A DNA stretch of 64,000 nucleotides from an uncultured bacterium (GCA_963822585.1 CAWGIE010000026.1:32001-96000), one strand, 5' to 3'; counted from the first letter of the stretch, positions 9,777 to 19,640 are shown. The notes: generated by a model from the sequence alone, not told the origin. A program made the numbers and translations.

Positions 9777-11204
9777 TTAAAAGACGAAGTAAATAAATTC
9801 CTTTCCCCCTTCGACGCCATGGACAATGATCAGATAATAGATGATGAAATAGATAACCCCTCGAATAATGGCGGGCATTTTGAGTATGGCCAGCAGATCG
9901 TTCTTCCGGTACTGCAGGTACTGGATGACGAGGAGCAGCCAGATAAACCGGAAGCAGTGCGTGTAGACAAACCGGATGGACCCCTCCGGCAGGCTGAAAC
10001 GGGTGAAAAGCCCTTTAATCATGAAATAAATCTGTTCGGGAGACTGGGCCCGGAATATCAACCATCCCAGGCAGATCAGGTGAAAAAAGAAAATAATCCG
10101 CGTCAGGAACCAGATCTTGGCCGGGAAAGGGTTCCGGGGTAAGGGGACCTTCTCCAGCCACGGCGTCAATAGACGGTAGCCGATTAAAAGGGCCGCCTGA
10201 TAGGCGCCCCAGAGGATAAAGGTCCAGGCGGCGCCGTGCCAGAGTCCCCCCAGGAGCATGGTAATCGCCAGGTTGCGGTACGTTTCATAGCGGCCTTTTC
10301 TGTTCCCTCCCAGCGGGATATAAAGATAGTCCCGCAGCCAGCTCGAAAGGCTGATGTGCCATCTCTGCCAGAACTGGCGCGGATTGGTGGCGACATAGGG
10401 AATATTGAAATTAACCATAATCTCGAAACCCATGCAGCTTCCCAGTCCGCGGGCGATGTTGGAGTAACCGGCAAAATCGCAGAATATCTGGAAGGCGAAG
10501 GCGTAAAGGGCGATCAGGACGGGGAATCCGTCGTACGGCGGTGCGGATGAAAATACCCGGTCAACAAGCTTGGCCAGGTTGTCGGCAATGTATACTTTCT
10601 GGAAGAGTCCCCAGAAGATCAGGTAACAACCCCGGTAAAACTTCGGCAGGGAGAGTGAACGCGGGGTCAGTATCTGGGGAAGGAGATGACTCGCTCTCTC
10701 GATCGGCCCGGCGACGAGCTGGGGAAAGAAGGCGACAAAGAGGGCAAAATCGAAAAATCTATTGGTTGGCTCCAGCTTTCCCCGGTAAATATCAATTGTG
10801 TAACTCATCGTCTGGAAGGTATAAAATGAGATCCCGAGTGGGAGGATAATCTGCAAGAACCGGGGCTCCAGAGTGACATTAAAATTAATAAGAAGATTCT
10901 GGAGGTTGGATGAGAAAAAATTGAAGTACTTAAAAAACCCCAGAATTGATAGATTGACCAGGATACTGAGGAAGAGGAAGAAGCGTTTTCTCTCCCTGGT
11001 CTTCACCGTATAAATCTTGAGGCCGCAGTAATAGTCGAGGACAGTGGAGAGGAGAATCAGGGAAAGGAACCGCCAGTCCCAGGCGCCGTAAAATACATAG
11101 CTCGCCACCAGCAGCATCCGGTTCTGCCAACGGTGATTGAGAACCAGGTAGAGGCCGTATACGATGACGAAGAAGACGGCGAACTGGAATGAATTGAAGA
11201 GCAT
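9777..11204 (-). CDS. MBOAT family O-acyltransferase (AlgI/PatA-like)
   Basis: 'MLFNS', 'LPLGISFYTFQ', 'FFPQLVAGPIER', 'DFAGYS', 'FWQRWHISLSSWLRDYLYIPLGG', 'GLWHGA'. Confidence 0.95.
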   Translation of the reverse strand: MLFNSFQFAVFFVIVYGLYLVLNHRWQNRMLLVASYVFYGAWDWRFLSLILLSTVLDYYCGLKIYTVKTRERKRFFLFLSILVNLSILGFFKYFNFFSSNLQNLLINFNVTLEPRFLQIILPLGISFYTFQTMSYTIDIYRGKLEPTNRFFDFALFVAFFPQLVAGPIERASHLLPQILTPRSLSLPKFYRGCYLIFWGLFQKVYIADNLAKLVDRVFSSAPPYDGFPVLIALYAFAFQIFCDFAGYSNIARGLGSCMGFEIMVNFNIPYVATNPRQFWQRWHISLSSWLRDYLYIPLGGNRKGRYETYRNLAITMLLGGLWHGAAWTFILWGAYQAALLIGYRLLTPWLEKVPLPRNPFPAKIWFLTRIIFFFHLICLGWLIFRAQSPEQIYFMIKGLFTRFSLPEGSIRFVYTHCFRFIWLLLVIQYLQYRKNDLLAILKMPAIIRGVIYFIIYYLIIVHGVEGGKEFIYFVF

Positions 11205-11283
11205 CCGGATTTCCGCTGATAATGTTCAATCCGATGTCTGAAAAATCGGATTAATTCTTACACGGTATTATGGCCAGAACAAC

Positions 11284-13167
11284 ATGGCCCGGCTACAAAA
11301 AAAATATGAAGCCGGCGCCGCCCTCTCCGGGGTGGCGCTCATCATCCTGACGGTCCTGGTCTTCTCTCCTTCCCTGAGCGGAGAATTCCTTAACTGGGAC
11401 GACAACCTGATCGTCGAGCACCACGGCTGGAGAGGGGCGGACGGGCTTAATCTTCGGTGGTGGTTTACCAGTGTCGTGGGAGGAGACTACAAGCCCCTGG
11501 TCTGGGCGTCCTACGCCCTGGATTACGCCTTCTGGGGTCTGAACCCGACCGGGTATCATCTGGGCAATATACTTCTTCACGCGGCCAACGCATTTCTACT
11601 CTATGTACTTCTTCTAAAAGCGGTCGGACCGCGGCGGGTTGACTGCGCGCTCTTTGTCGCCTGTGTCTTCGCCCTTCATCCCCTCCGGGTGGAGCCGGTC
11701 TGCTGGATTACCGGACGCAAGGATGTTCTCTGCGCCTTTTTTTATCTACTCTCCGTCCTCTGCTATCTCCATTACGCGGGGGTCTCTCTGCGGGAGCGGC
11801 TTTTTTACTCTGATCCGGCGCAGCGAATTGTGGGAGAGGCTTCCAGCCTCGATTCCGGAAAAGTCTGTCAATCGGGCCTGGAAGGCCCTCCCACAATGCG
11901 GACCGAATATAGGACCCCGGCATTCCCAATGCGGAACAGAAAAATAAATTATTATATTTTCTCCGTTTTTTGCGCTTTCCTGGCTGCTCTTTCCAAGGCG
12001 TCGGCGGCAACGCTTCCCCTTGTCCTCATCCTGATCGATATTTTCCCCCGGAAGGGGTTTCAGAAAAATCCCGGGAAAGTGCTGCTGGAGAAGGTCCCGT
12101 ATCTCCTCGCGGCCGGGCTCGCGGCGATGGGGGCGCTGGCTGGCCAGGTCACCGGCGGTCTCCTGCTCTCAGTTAGTGATGTCGGTGTCGGCGAGCGGAT
12201 TTCACTAGCCGGGAGGTCATGGCTCTTCTATCTGGTCAAGACCGTCTTTCCGGTTGGCCTGCAGCCGCTGTATCCCCGGATCTCCCCGGCTCTGCTCTCC
12301 GGGACGGCCCGGATTCTTCCTTCGGCGGGAGGCATTGCCCTGACCGGTCTCTTTCTTTATCTCCGGCGAAAGAAGAAACCGGGGGCGCTTTTCTGCTGGC
12401 TTCTCTATCTCGTTCTGTTACTTCCGATATCGGGGCTTTTTCCGACCGGGAAAACGGTCCTGGCCGACCGGTTCAGCTACCTCCCGGCGATGGCCGTTTC
12501 TCTGGCCCTCTACATCGGGCTTATCCGCCTTCCCCGCGGGACCGGAACAACCCGTCGCTGGTTTTTCTGGGGGATTGTTTTCATTCTGGGGCTTTTGACT
12601 ATCCGTCAGGAGATGATCTGGAGGAACTCGGTCAGCCTCTGGCGCTATTCCCTGTCCCGTTTCCCCGCCAGTCCGACCGCCCTCGATAGCCTGGGGAATG
12701 CTCTTTACCGGAGGGGGGAATTCTCTCAATCCGCCGCCCTCCACGCCCGGGCCATTCGGTATAAAAAGGACGACCCGAATATCTACTATAATCTGGCGCT
12801 TTCCCTCACTGTCGGAGGAGAGTATGAAGAGGCACTCCCTTTCTATCGGGAAGCCATCCGCCTCCAGCCGGACCATGTGCGGGCCTGGAACAACCTTGGT
12901 AATGCTCTTTTTCTGCTGGGACGGCTGAAGGAGGCCGGAGCATGTTACCGCGAGGTCATCCGCCTCGTTCCCGATCACGCCGGCGCCCATTGTAATCTGG
13001 GAATTGTTCTTTATGAGAAAGGCGAATATCGGGCGGCGGTGCAGCAGTTGGAGCAGGCGCTGGAAATGAACCCGAAGTTTAACCTGGCCAGAGACTATTA
13101 CTTGAGGGCAAAATTGAACTGTAATAGCGACAAGACCGAGGTGAGACAAAAAGGAGTGATGGAATAA
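11284..13167 (+). CDS. TMTC-like GT-C membrane protein with TPRs; carries an in-frame REP insertion
   Basis: 'LNWDD', 'YKPL', 'GYHLGNILLH', 'HPLRVEPVCWITGRKD', 'ADRFSYLP', TPRs. Confidence 0.85.
   Translation: MARLQKKYEAGAALSGVALIILTVLVFSPSLSGEFLNWDDNLIVEHHGWRGADGLNLRWWFTSVVGGDYKPLVWASYALDYAFWGLNPTGYHLGNILLHAANAFLLYVLLLKAVGPRRVDCALFVACVFALHPLRVEPVCWITGRKDVLCAFFYLLSVLCYLHYAGVSLRERLFYSDPAQRIVGEASSLDSGKVCQSGLEGPPTMRTEYRTPAFPMRNRKINYYIFSVFCAFLAALSKASAATLPLVLILIDIFPRKGFQKNPGKVLLEKVPYLLAAGLAAMGALAGQVTGGLLLSVSDVGVGERISLAGRSWLFYLVKTVFPVGLQPLYPRISPALLSGTARILPSAGGIALTGLFLYLRRKKKPGALFCWLLYLVLLLPISGLFPTGKTVLADRFSYLPAMAVSLALYIGLIRLPRGTGTTRRWFFWGIVFILGLLTIRQEMIWRNSVSLWRYSLSRFPASPTALDSLGNALYRRGEFSQSAALHARAIRYKKDDPNIYYNLALSLTVGGEYEEALPFYREAIRLQPDHVRAWNNLGNALFLLGRLKEAGACYREVIRLVPDHAGAHCNLGIVLYEKGEYRAAVQQLEQALEMNPKFNLARDYYLRAKLNCNSDKTEVRQKGVME
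11827..11897. repeat. REP doublet (REPIN-like) inside a CDS
   Basis: attgtgggagaggcttccagcctcgatt and inverted aatcgggcctggaaggccctcccacaat; each half is GTGG followed by an internal hairpin. Confidence 0.8.
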
Positions 13168-13240
13168 TGGAATGATGGAGTACTGGAGAGCGGGAGGCCA
13201 GGTCCAGCACTCCTGTATTCCATCACTCCAATACTCCTTT
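13151..13240. repeat. Inverted pair of octamer tandem repeats (GGAGTRNT family)
   Basis: ggagtgatggaataatggaatgatggagtactgga ... tccagcactcc...ccatcactccaatactcc; overlaps the upstream stop codon. Confidence 0.85.
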
Positions 13241-13256
13241 CTTCCGTTCCGGGCGC

Positions 13257-15452
13257 ATGAACAAAGGGCTTCAAAATCGGTATGTGGTTTTACTGCTTCT
13301 CGTCTGTATCTACGCCACCGCCGTTTTCTGCCGGCTGGAGTGGGGGATGAGATACCGCGGGGAGATGTTCAGCTCGGAGAGCGCGCTTCGTCTTTATTAC
13401 GCCGGGCTGGTGGCCCGGGGGGAGGCCATCCCGGCCGTTGATTACAAGGCGCAGTATCCGGAAGGGCTCCATGTTGTTTCCCGAAACCCGGTTCTCATGG
13501 AGTATCTGACCGGGTCCATCTACTCCGTCCTCGGCCTGAAGATGCCGTTTGTCTCTTTTATCCGGATCTGCATCCCCCTGATCGCCTCATTTTCGATCTT
13601 CGCCGTCTACCTCACCGTGAGGGAAACCACCGGTGACACGGTGGCGGCCCTGGTCTCGACCCTTTTTTACGCGGTGACTCTGCCCGCGATTACCCGGGCT
13701 TCCGGCTGGGAGTTTTTGCAAGAAACCGTCGCGCTCCCGGCCATCTTCTTCCAGGTGTATTTTTTCCTGACCGGGGTGAGGCGCGGCGGCTGGTGGAGGG
13801 GGATCTGCTCCGGGGCCTTTCTTGCCCTGGCCCTCGCCTCCTGGAAGATCAGCCAGCTCTATTTCCTGATCTTCGCCTGTTTTGCCGGAGGTGCCTTCCT
13901 GATCGGGAAACCCCGGCCGGATTTTATCCGGACCTATCTGACGACGGCCTTCTTTGCCGCCCTTGCCGGTGCGGCCGTCCCCTTTTTACGGGAGGGCTAT
14001 TTCCTGGTCTCCATCCCCATGAGTATTTCTTACGCTCTCGCTTTCTCGTTTTTATTTCGGCGCTACGAGCTCCGATTTCGCCTCCGGGAGCGTTTCGTTT
14101 TTGTGGCGGTACTGTTGCTCTTTCTCCTGGTTTTCCCCCAGTCCCCCCGGCTGACGCACGTTTACGACCTGCTGCTCTATAAAGTGCTGCTGCTGGGAAA
14201 GAAGCCCGCAAACCCGCTTTCTCTGCCCTTCGAGGTCCGGGCCCTCTGGATCGACCCGTTTTTGTCACCTTCTCTCTTCGAGCTGATATACTTTTTCTTC
14301 CCCCTACTTCTTCCGGGGGCCGTGGGGGCGGGGATCGTTCTGACCCGGATTGTCCTCCGCCGCGCCGATACCGCCATGATTTTCATTCTCTGCAACGCGG
14401 GCTCGTTCTGTGCCGCCTATCTTCTCATCCGCCGGCTGCGGGTCTTTTTCATCTATTTCCTGGTCCTCCTGATCGGTTACCTGATCGCGGCCGTCATGCG
14501 GCGCCCGAAAAGAATCCGGGGCATGGGGATGGCCCTGCTCCTGGTCTGCCTCTGCCTGGAAGCGGGCAAGCCGTCCGGCCTCAGCGCCTCCCTGGTTTTC
14601 CGGCCCGCTTTTGCGACCCTGGGGATCTCAGAGCGCTCCCGCTTCTTCCAAACCGCCAGCCTCTCCCGGAGCGATCGGGACCTGATTGAATGGCTGAAAG
14701 AGAATACCGGCCCCGACGATGTGATCCTGGCCCATTATCACATCTCCCCAATGATCCGCGTTTACGCCGATCGGCCGGTTAACCTGACATCTCTCTTTGA
14801 ATCGAAGCCCCTTCGGGAGAAGGTACGGCGCTTTACCGAAGCGCTCTTCGAAGGGGAAGAAAGCCTCTATCGGCTGGCGGTGGACTTCGGCGCCGATTAC
14901 CTAGTCTATTCGATCGATACCATTCTCGACGACTCGCCGAACTCCTGGCGGTATCTGACCGATCACCTGCGGCTGAACCGGGATATGGCCGCCTACCGGA
15001 TGCACTTTCTCCCCGCCACTCTCCGGCGATTTTCCCTTGTCTATGAAAACGAGTTTTTCCGCGTTTACCGGGTGCTTCCGGAAAACAGTGCCATCCCGGC
15101 GGCAAAAGAACAGCCGGGTCATCCCCTCTATTACCGGTATGATCTATTTAAACGCTTTTCCGGTTCCACCGCCCGCTTCCGGGAATATATCGAGAATGTA
15201 TATAGGGTTTACTTAGCCGGCAGCCAGGCCCTTATCGCCGGCCGCTTCACGGAAGCGCGCCGGGACTATGAGACGGCCCTCCTGCTGGCGCCGGACTTTC
15301 CCGAGCCCTATGCCGGCCTGGGCGCCATCGCCGAGCAAGAGGGAAGAGGGGATGACGCGCTTAACTGCTACCGGGAGTATCTCCGGTTAAAACCGGAGGG
15401 AAAATTCGCCGGTGAGCTCCGACGTCGTATTATTTCTGCTTCGCAAAAATAA
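13257..15452 (+). CDS. DPY19/STT3-like GT-C glycosyltransferase with C-terminal TPR
   Basis: 'MFSSESALRLYYA' N-terminal loop, many TMs, soluble domain 'WLKENT.PDDVILA....PMIRVYADRPV....FES..LR' resembling DPY19/STT3 C-domains. Confidence 0.65.
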   Translation: MNKGLQNRYVVLLLLVCIYATAVFCRLEWGMRYRGEMFSSESALRLYYAGLVARGEAIPAVDYKAQYPEGLHVVSRNPVLMEYLTGSIYSVLGLKMPFVSFIRICIPLIASFSIFAVYLTVRETTGDTVAALVSTLFYAVTLPAITRASGWEFLQETVALPAIFFQVYFFLTGVRRGGWWRGICSGAFLALALASWKISQLYFLIFACFAGGAFLIGKPRPDFIRTYLTTAFFAALAGAAVPFLREGYFLVSIPMSISYALAFSFLFRRYELRFRLRERFVFVAVLLLFLLVFPQSPRLTHVYDLLLYKVLLLGKKPANPLSLPFEVRALWIDPFLSPSLFELIYFFFPLLLPGAVGAGIVLTRIVLRRADTAMIFILCNAGSFCAAYLLIRRLRVFFIYFLVLLIGYLIAAVMRRPKRIRGMGMALLLVCLCLEAGKPSGLSASLVFRPAFATLGISERSRFFQTASLSRSDRDLIEWLKENTGPDDVILAHYHISPMIRVYADRPVNLTSLFESKPLREKVRRFTEALFEGEESLYRLAVDFGADYLVYSIDTILDDSPNSWRYLTDHLRLNRDMAAYRMHFLPATLRRFSLVYENEFFRVYRVLPENSAIPAAKEQPGHPLYYRYDLFKRFSGSTARFREYIENVYRVYLAGSQALIAGRFTEARRDYETALLLAPDFPEPYAGLGAIAEQEGRGDDALNCYREYLRLKPEGKFAGELRRRIISASQK

Positions 15453-15632
15453 TAGTTATAAGATTCTCAACATGATTTTACTTGGTCTTCTTTATAGATG
15501 ATGAGTTGTCCGAGTCCAGATAAACCCCGATAAATCAGGTTGGTGGCGAGAGAAGATATGCCAGGGCTAAGGTATAAGATTGATTCGCCTGAAGAAAAAG
15601 ACCATCTTTCCCCGGCCAAACACTGGAAAGAG

Positions 15633-17294
15633 ATGCATCTTCGACTGCCCGTTCTGACTATCACGCTTATCCTGTTCTGTTTCCTCTATTCTACATCCGA
15701 CTGGATCGGTTTCCGGAACCCCAACGAATTCAGCCGCCTCTATCTGACTAAAGCTTTGATTGACCGCCAAACCTTTGTGATCGATGAAAATATTTTCGCC
15801 CGCGACACTCAGGATAAATCATTTTGTAGGGGGCATTATTATTCCAACAAAGCGCCGGGGTCTTCTTTCATTGCCGCTCCCCCTTATTTGGCGATCCGCC
15901 TGCTGCAAACATATGCCGGCTTTTCTCCCGGGGAGAATACTGTTTTATATATCCTCAGATTGGTCTGTGTCAGCATCCCTTCGGCTATCTTCCTTTTCTT
16001 GTTGTTTTCATTCTGGGGACGGATTACGCCAAGTTATTCTATCCGGCGGGCGCTAATAATAGCCTATGCCTTGGGAACCCCGGTTTGGGCATATTCATCA
16101 CTCTTCTTTGGTCATCAATTAGTGGGGATCTGCCTCTTTGTGGCATTTGTTCTCATCTTCGAATACAGAACTTCAGCCCGGAGGAACTGTTTACTTCTAC
16201 AAGGTGGTTTTTTCTGCGGGCTGGCTTGTTTTATTGAATATCCCGCGATCCTGGTCTCATTTATCTTCTTTCTCTATGCGTGCGCCTGCCGCAAAAAATC
16301 CGGGAGACGGATATGGTTGTTCCTACGAGGTAAAGCGGAGGTTCTTTTCTTATTTTTTGCCGGAATGGCGCTTCCTCTGGGGGCCATGTGTTATTATCAC
16401 TGGAGGTGTTTTGGATCCGTCCTTCGGACCCCTTATTTGTTCGTTACCGATCCTGTTTGTGCGGTAGGTCATAGCCGGGGATTGAGCGGGGTGACGTTTC
16501 CTCTCACCGCAAACGATCTCCTTCATCAGATCTCAGTATTTCTTCAGTTAGCCTTTAGCCCATTCCGAGGTTTATTTTTCTTCTCACCCTTTCTCATCAT
16601 TGGTATCGCCGGGATATTCATAATGATCAGAAACCAGAAATGGAGGCAGGAGGGGTGGTTATTCGGCGCCCTCGTGGCGGCATATTTTCTCTTTAATAGC
16701 GCCTTCGCTTTTTGGGCAGGAGGTTGGTCAATGGGGCCTCGCCATCTGGTGCCGATTATCCCCTTTATTGTCACCGCGATTGTTTATCTGCTTTCCCGAG
16801 TTGGGTTGGTAGCTCGAAAAAAGACGGCCTTGATCATGGTGCCGTTGGTCGTTGTCTCCATCACTTTCACCTTCTTCGGGACCATGGTCTTCCCTCATCT
16901 CCCGATTATATTTAAGAACCCTCTCTATGAGCTCTCCTATCGATTCCTGAGCCGGGGAATCTTCGGTCCCACGGTTGGGAGATGGCTCGGATGGAGAGGA
17001 CTGCTGGAAGAGGTGCCTCTCCTACTTGTCACGGGGATTCTCCTGACTATTATGCTCTTTGATTTGAGCCGGTTGTATAGCTTCCGACAGGCGCCCCGGC
17101 TTGGTTTCACATTTAGCTGTCTGGCGATCTCCGGGGCACTTATATGCCTTGATCTGGTTTTGAGTTCTCTGAATGAATCCCGGTTGCCTCCCGGGGCGAT
17201 CGCCCGACAGGATGCCAGTAGAGAGTTGATCGGAAATTTCCTGGGTGTAAAAGCGAATAGAAACGGGGATTTGTCCGTTCTCCGGAAAGAATAG
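15633..17294 (+). CDS. GT-C-like polytopic membrane protein
   Basis: ORF track 15540..17294, likely start ATG 15633; 'NPNEFSR', 'YYSNKAPG', 'SPFRGLFFFSP', 'GPRHLVP'. Confidence 0.65.
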   Translation: MHLRLPVLTITLILFCFLYSTSDWIGFRNPNEFSRLYLTKALIDRQTFVIDENIFARDTQDKSFCRGHYYSNKAPGSSFIAAPPYLAIRLLQTYAGFSPGENTVLYILRLVCVSIPSAIFLFLLFSFWGRITPSYSIRRALIIAYALGTPVWAYSSLFFGHQLVGICLFVAFVLIFEYRTSARRNCLLLQGGFFCGLACFIEYPAILVSFIFFLYACACRKKSGRRIWLFLRGKAEVLFLFFAGMALPLGAMCYYHWRCFGSVLRTPYLFVTDPVCAVGHSRGLSGVTFPLTANDLLHQISVFLQLAFSPFRGLFFFSPFLIIGIAGIFIMIRNQKWRQEGWLFGALVAAYFLFNSAFAFWAGGWSMGPRHLVPIIPFIVTAIVYLLSRVGLVARKKTALIMVPLVVVSITFTFFGTMVFPHLPIIFKNPLYELSYRFLSRGIFGPTVGRWLGWRGLLEEVPLLLVTGILLTIMLFDLSRLYSFRQAPRLGFTFSCLAISGALICLDLVLSSLNESRLPPGAIARQDASRELIGNFLGVKANRNGDLSVLRKE

Positions 17295-17298
17295 AGAG

Positions 17299-19065
17299 CT
17301 AAAATTCCATTCGATTCATCGCCCTGATCCCAAGTCTGAAAGGGAGCCAGCTTCCCAGAATGGAAATAATCAGGATGAAGATAATAGCGAACAGGGGTAT
17401 CGGCAAGGACCATATCTTTATGTTACCGCTTTGCAAGTGATATGCTATTGCCAGGGTACAGACCACAACCACAATATAGATCAGGCTGAGAATCAGGTTA
17501 AGTGTCCCCCCGAACCCTGACGCGATCCGGGAGGGGTTATCTTCCGTGAATTGAGGGAAGATTGCTCCCAGCCCATTCGCTAAACTCACCAGCACCCCCG
17601 CCATTAAAACGATAGCCCCGCCGGTAATAACTGTCATGGTTCTGGAGACCTCCAGGATATGATTGGAGAGGAGCATCAATGGCAGGGTGACAATCACCGC
17701 CGCTATAAAATGGGACCAGAACTTGATCCGGAAGATATCCGCGCACCGGATTGGAGCCAGTCCCAGGACCCAGAAGGTCCGCCCCTCCAAGCTGAAAGAA
17801 GGATAGATGAACCGGGTGGACAGCGTGGCCAGGATCAGCGAGGTGGCCCCCAAATTAAAAAAGGTGATCAGGTTCTTCCAGAACGTCTGATAGACGTTTC
17901 GGGGCATGTTCTTGATGTTGACGATGTAGATTGCCAGCAGGCCGAAAAGGATCGCCGCCTGGATCCACTGGGCCGGATCGCGGAAGAAGACCTTGGTATC
18001 CTTTATCAGGAGGGCCCGGACGGGGGAGGTTTTTTGAAGGAAGTGCCTAAAGTTGGAAGTTTTTGCCTCGCCTGGCTGGAAGAGCAGAGAAGTTTTAGGG
18101 AGGTGAATTGTGGGAGAGGTTTCTAACCTCGCTCCGGGCGGGGCGATAACTTTAGGCACTACAAACTTTAGGCACTTCAGGCACTTTTTCTTCCTTCCCC
18201 CCCGGCTGCGATAGAGTGACCAGTTTTTGTAATAGTACCGTTCCGCCGTTAATTCAACGATCTGCCAGACGAAAAGGGTGTTGACCGCCAGGACGGCCAA
18301 AAAGCCGAGAGATCTGCCGACGCGGCCTCTCCCCGCCTGGATGAAACCTTCCGCGGCCCAATAACCGGGAAGAAGAGGATTGAGGGTGATCCGGCTGTGT
18401 TCGAGCAGCCGGTTGAGCATCAAGGTCTGACGGTTGGGGGCGGTCCGCGGAGCAAGGGAGAGCGACCGCCAGAGGGGGAAGGTAAGGGCGACGATGCAAA
18501 CCGCCGCCAGGATCGCCCGGCGGCCCTTCCCGGGCGTCAAAAGGGGTGGTATCAGGGCCGCGATCAGTGCCCCCAGCAATGCCGCCAGGAAAGAGAGCCC
18601 GCCCGCGAAGAGGAGAAGCGAGAGAAAGGCGAAGAGGGATATGCCATGGGAGAGGCCGTAAGCCAGAGCAACCGGGAAGATCAGGAAGAAGGTCGCCCAG
18701 GTGCTGAGGACGGTACCCTCCAGGAGCAGAAAACGGAAGATAGTGGCCCGGGGCAGGGGGAGCGTGTGAAGATACACCGATTCCGCGGCTTTCAGATTGA
18801 GTTGGAAGGAGATCACCGCGTTGCTGAAGATCAGCATGATGAAAAGAGCAAAGGTCAGCAGGTAGATCAGGCGGTCGATCAGGATTTCTCCCACCCCCAT
18901 GAAGGTTTGGAGAAAAATGAAGGCCCGATAAAAGCCGGCGAAGAGACCTATCCAGACGACCAGGAGAACAAAGACGCCGATGAAGAGGCGCAGACGCCCG
19001 GTCTTCAGAAGCACCCGGAATCCGTTTCTTGCCTGATCAAAACGAAGAAGAAATAAGTAGTGCAT
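17299..19065 (-). CDS. ABC exporter permease (putative ABC-2-like)
   Basis: Two TM blocks; 'LLIKD.KVFFRDPAQW', 'SLEGR.FWVL..AP'; adjacent ABC ATPase. Confidence 0.85.
   Translation of the reverse strand: MHYLFLLRFDQARNGFRVLLKTGRLRLFIGVFVLLVVWIGLFAGFYRAFIFLQTFMGVGEILIDRLIYLLTFALFIMLIFSNAVISFQLNLKAAESVYLHTLPLPRATIFRFLLLEGTVLSTWATFFLIFPVALAYGLSHGISLFAFLSLLLFAGGLSFLAALLGALIAALIPPLLTPGKGRRAILAAVCIVALTFPLWRSLSLAPRTAPNRQTLMLNRLLEHSRITLNPLLPGYWAAEGFIQAGRGRVGRSLGFLAVLAVNTLFVWQIVELTAERYYYKNWSLYRSRGGRKKKCLKCLKFVVPKVIAPPGARLETSPTIHLPKTSLLFQPGEAKTSNFRHFLQKTSPVRALLIKDTKVFFRDPAQWIQAAILFGLLAIYIVNIKNMPRNVYQTFWKNLITFFNLGATSLILATLSTRFIYPSFSLEGRTFWVLGLAPIRCADIFRIKFWSHFIAAVIVTLPLMLLSNHILEVSRTMTVITGGAIVLMAGVLVSLANGLGAIFPQFTEDNPSRIASGFGGTLNLILSLIYIVVVVCTLAIAYHLQSGNIKIWSLPIPLFAIIFILIISILGSWLPFRLGIRAMNRMEF
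18041..18186. repeat. Nested repeat element in-frame within the permease gene
   Basis: aagtgcctaaagtt (18041) inverted against aactttaggcact copies (18148, 18164), enclosing REP gaattgtgggagaggtttctaacctcg (18105-18131). Confidence 0.75.
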
Positions 19066-19110
19066 GAAGATAAAAGTAAGACCCCCATGGTCTTATGCCC
19101 CTATGGATCA

Positions 19111-19615
19111 GTACCACAGACATTCCTGTCTGTGAGCCCAAGGTAACACAGACATTCCTGTCTGTGAGTCCAAGGTGACACAGACATTCCTGTCTGTGCG
19201 TCCAAGGTAACACAGACATTCCTGTCTGTGCGCCCCAAGGTAACACAGACATTCCTGTCTGCGAGTCCAAGGTGACATAGACATTCCTGTCTGTGAGTCC
19301 AAGGTGACACAGACATTCCTGTCTGTGAGTCCAAGGTGACATAGACATTCCTGTCTGTGAGTCCAAGGTGACATAGACATTCCTGTCTGTGTGCCAGAGG
19401 TAACACAGACATTCCTGTCTGTGAGTCCAAGGTGACACAGACATTCCTGTCTGTGAGTCCAAGGTGACATAGACATTCCTGTCTGTGAGTCCAAGGTGAC
19501 ACAGACATTCCTGTCTGTGAGTCCAAGGTGACATAGACATTCCTGTCTGTGAGTCCAAGGTGACACAGACATTCCTGTCTGTGTGCCCAGGGTGACACAG
19601 ACATTCCTGTCTGTG
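19111..19615. repeat. Tandem array of 16 REP-like palindromic units, period 32 bp
   Basis: Unit CA(C/T)AGACA-TTCC-TGTCTGTG plus 12-13 nt near-identical linker (consensus AGTCCAAGGTGA); cores start at 19115, 19147, 19179 ... 19596. Confidence 0.95.
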
Positions 19616-19640
19616 CGCCAAAATGAAGTATCGGATTACC

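Noticed and set aside
19111..19615. CRISPR array
   Set aside because: Linkers are only 12-13 nt and nearly identical, and no cas genes are present. This is a REP-like tandem repeat.
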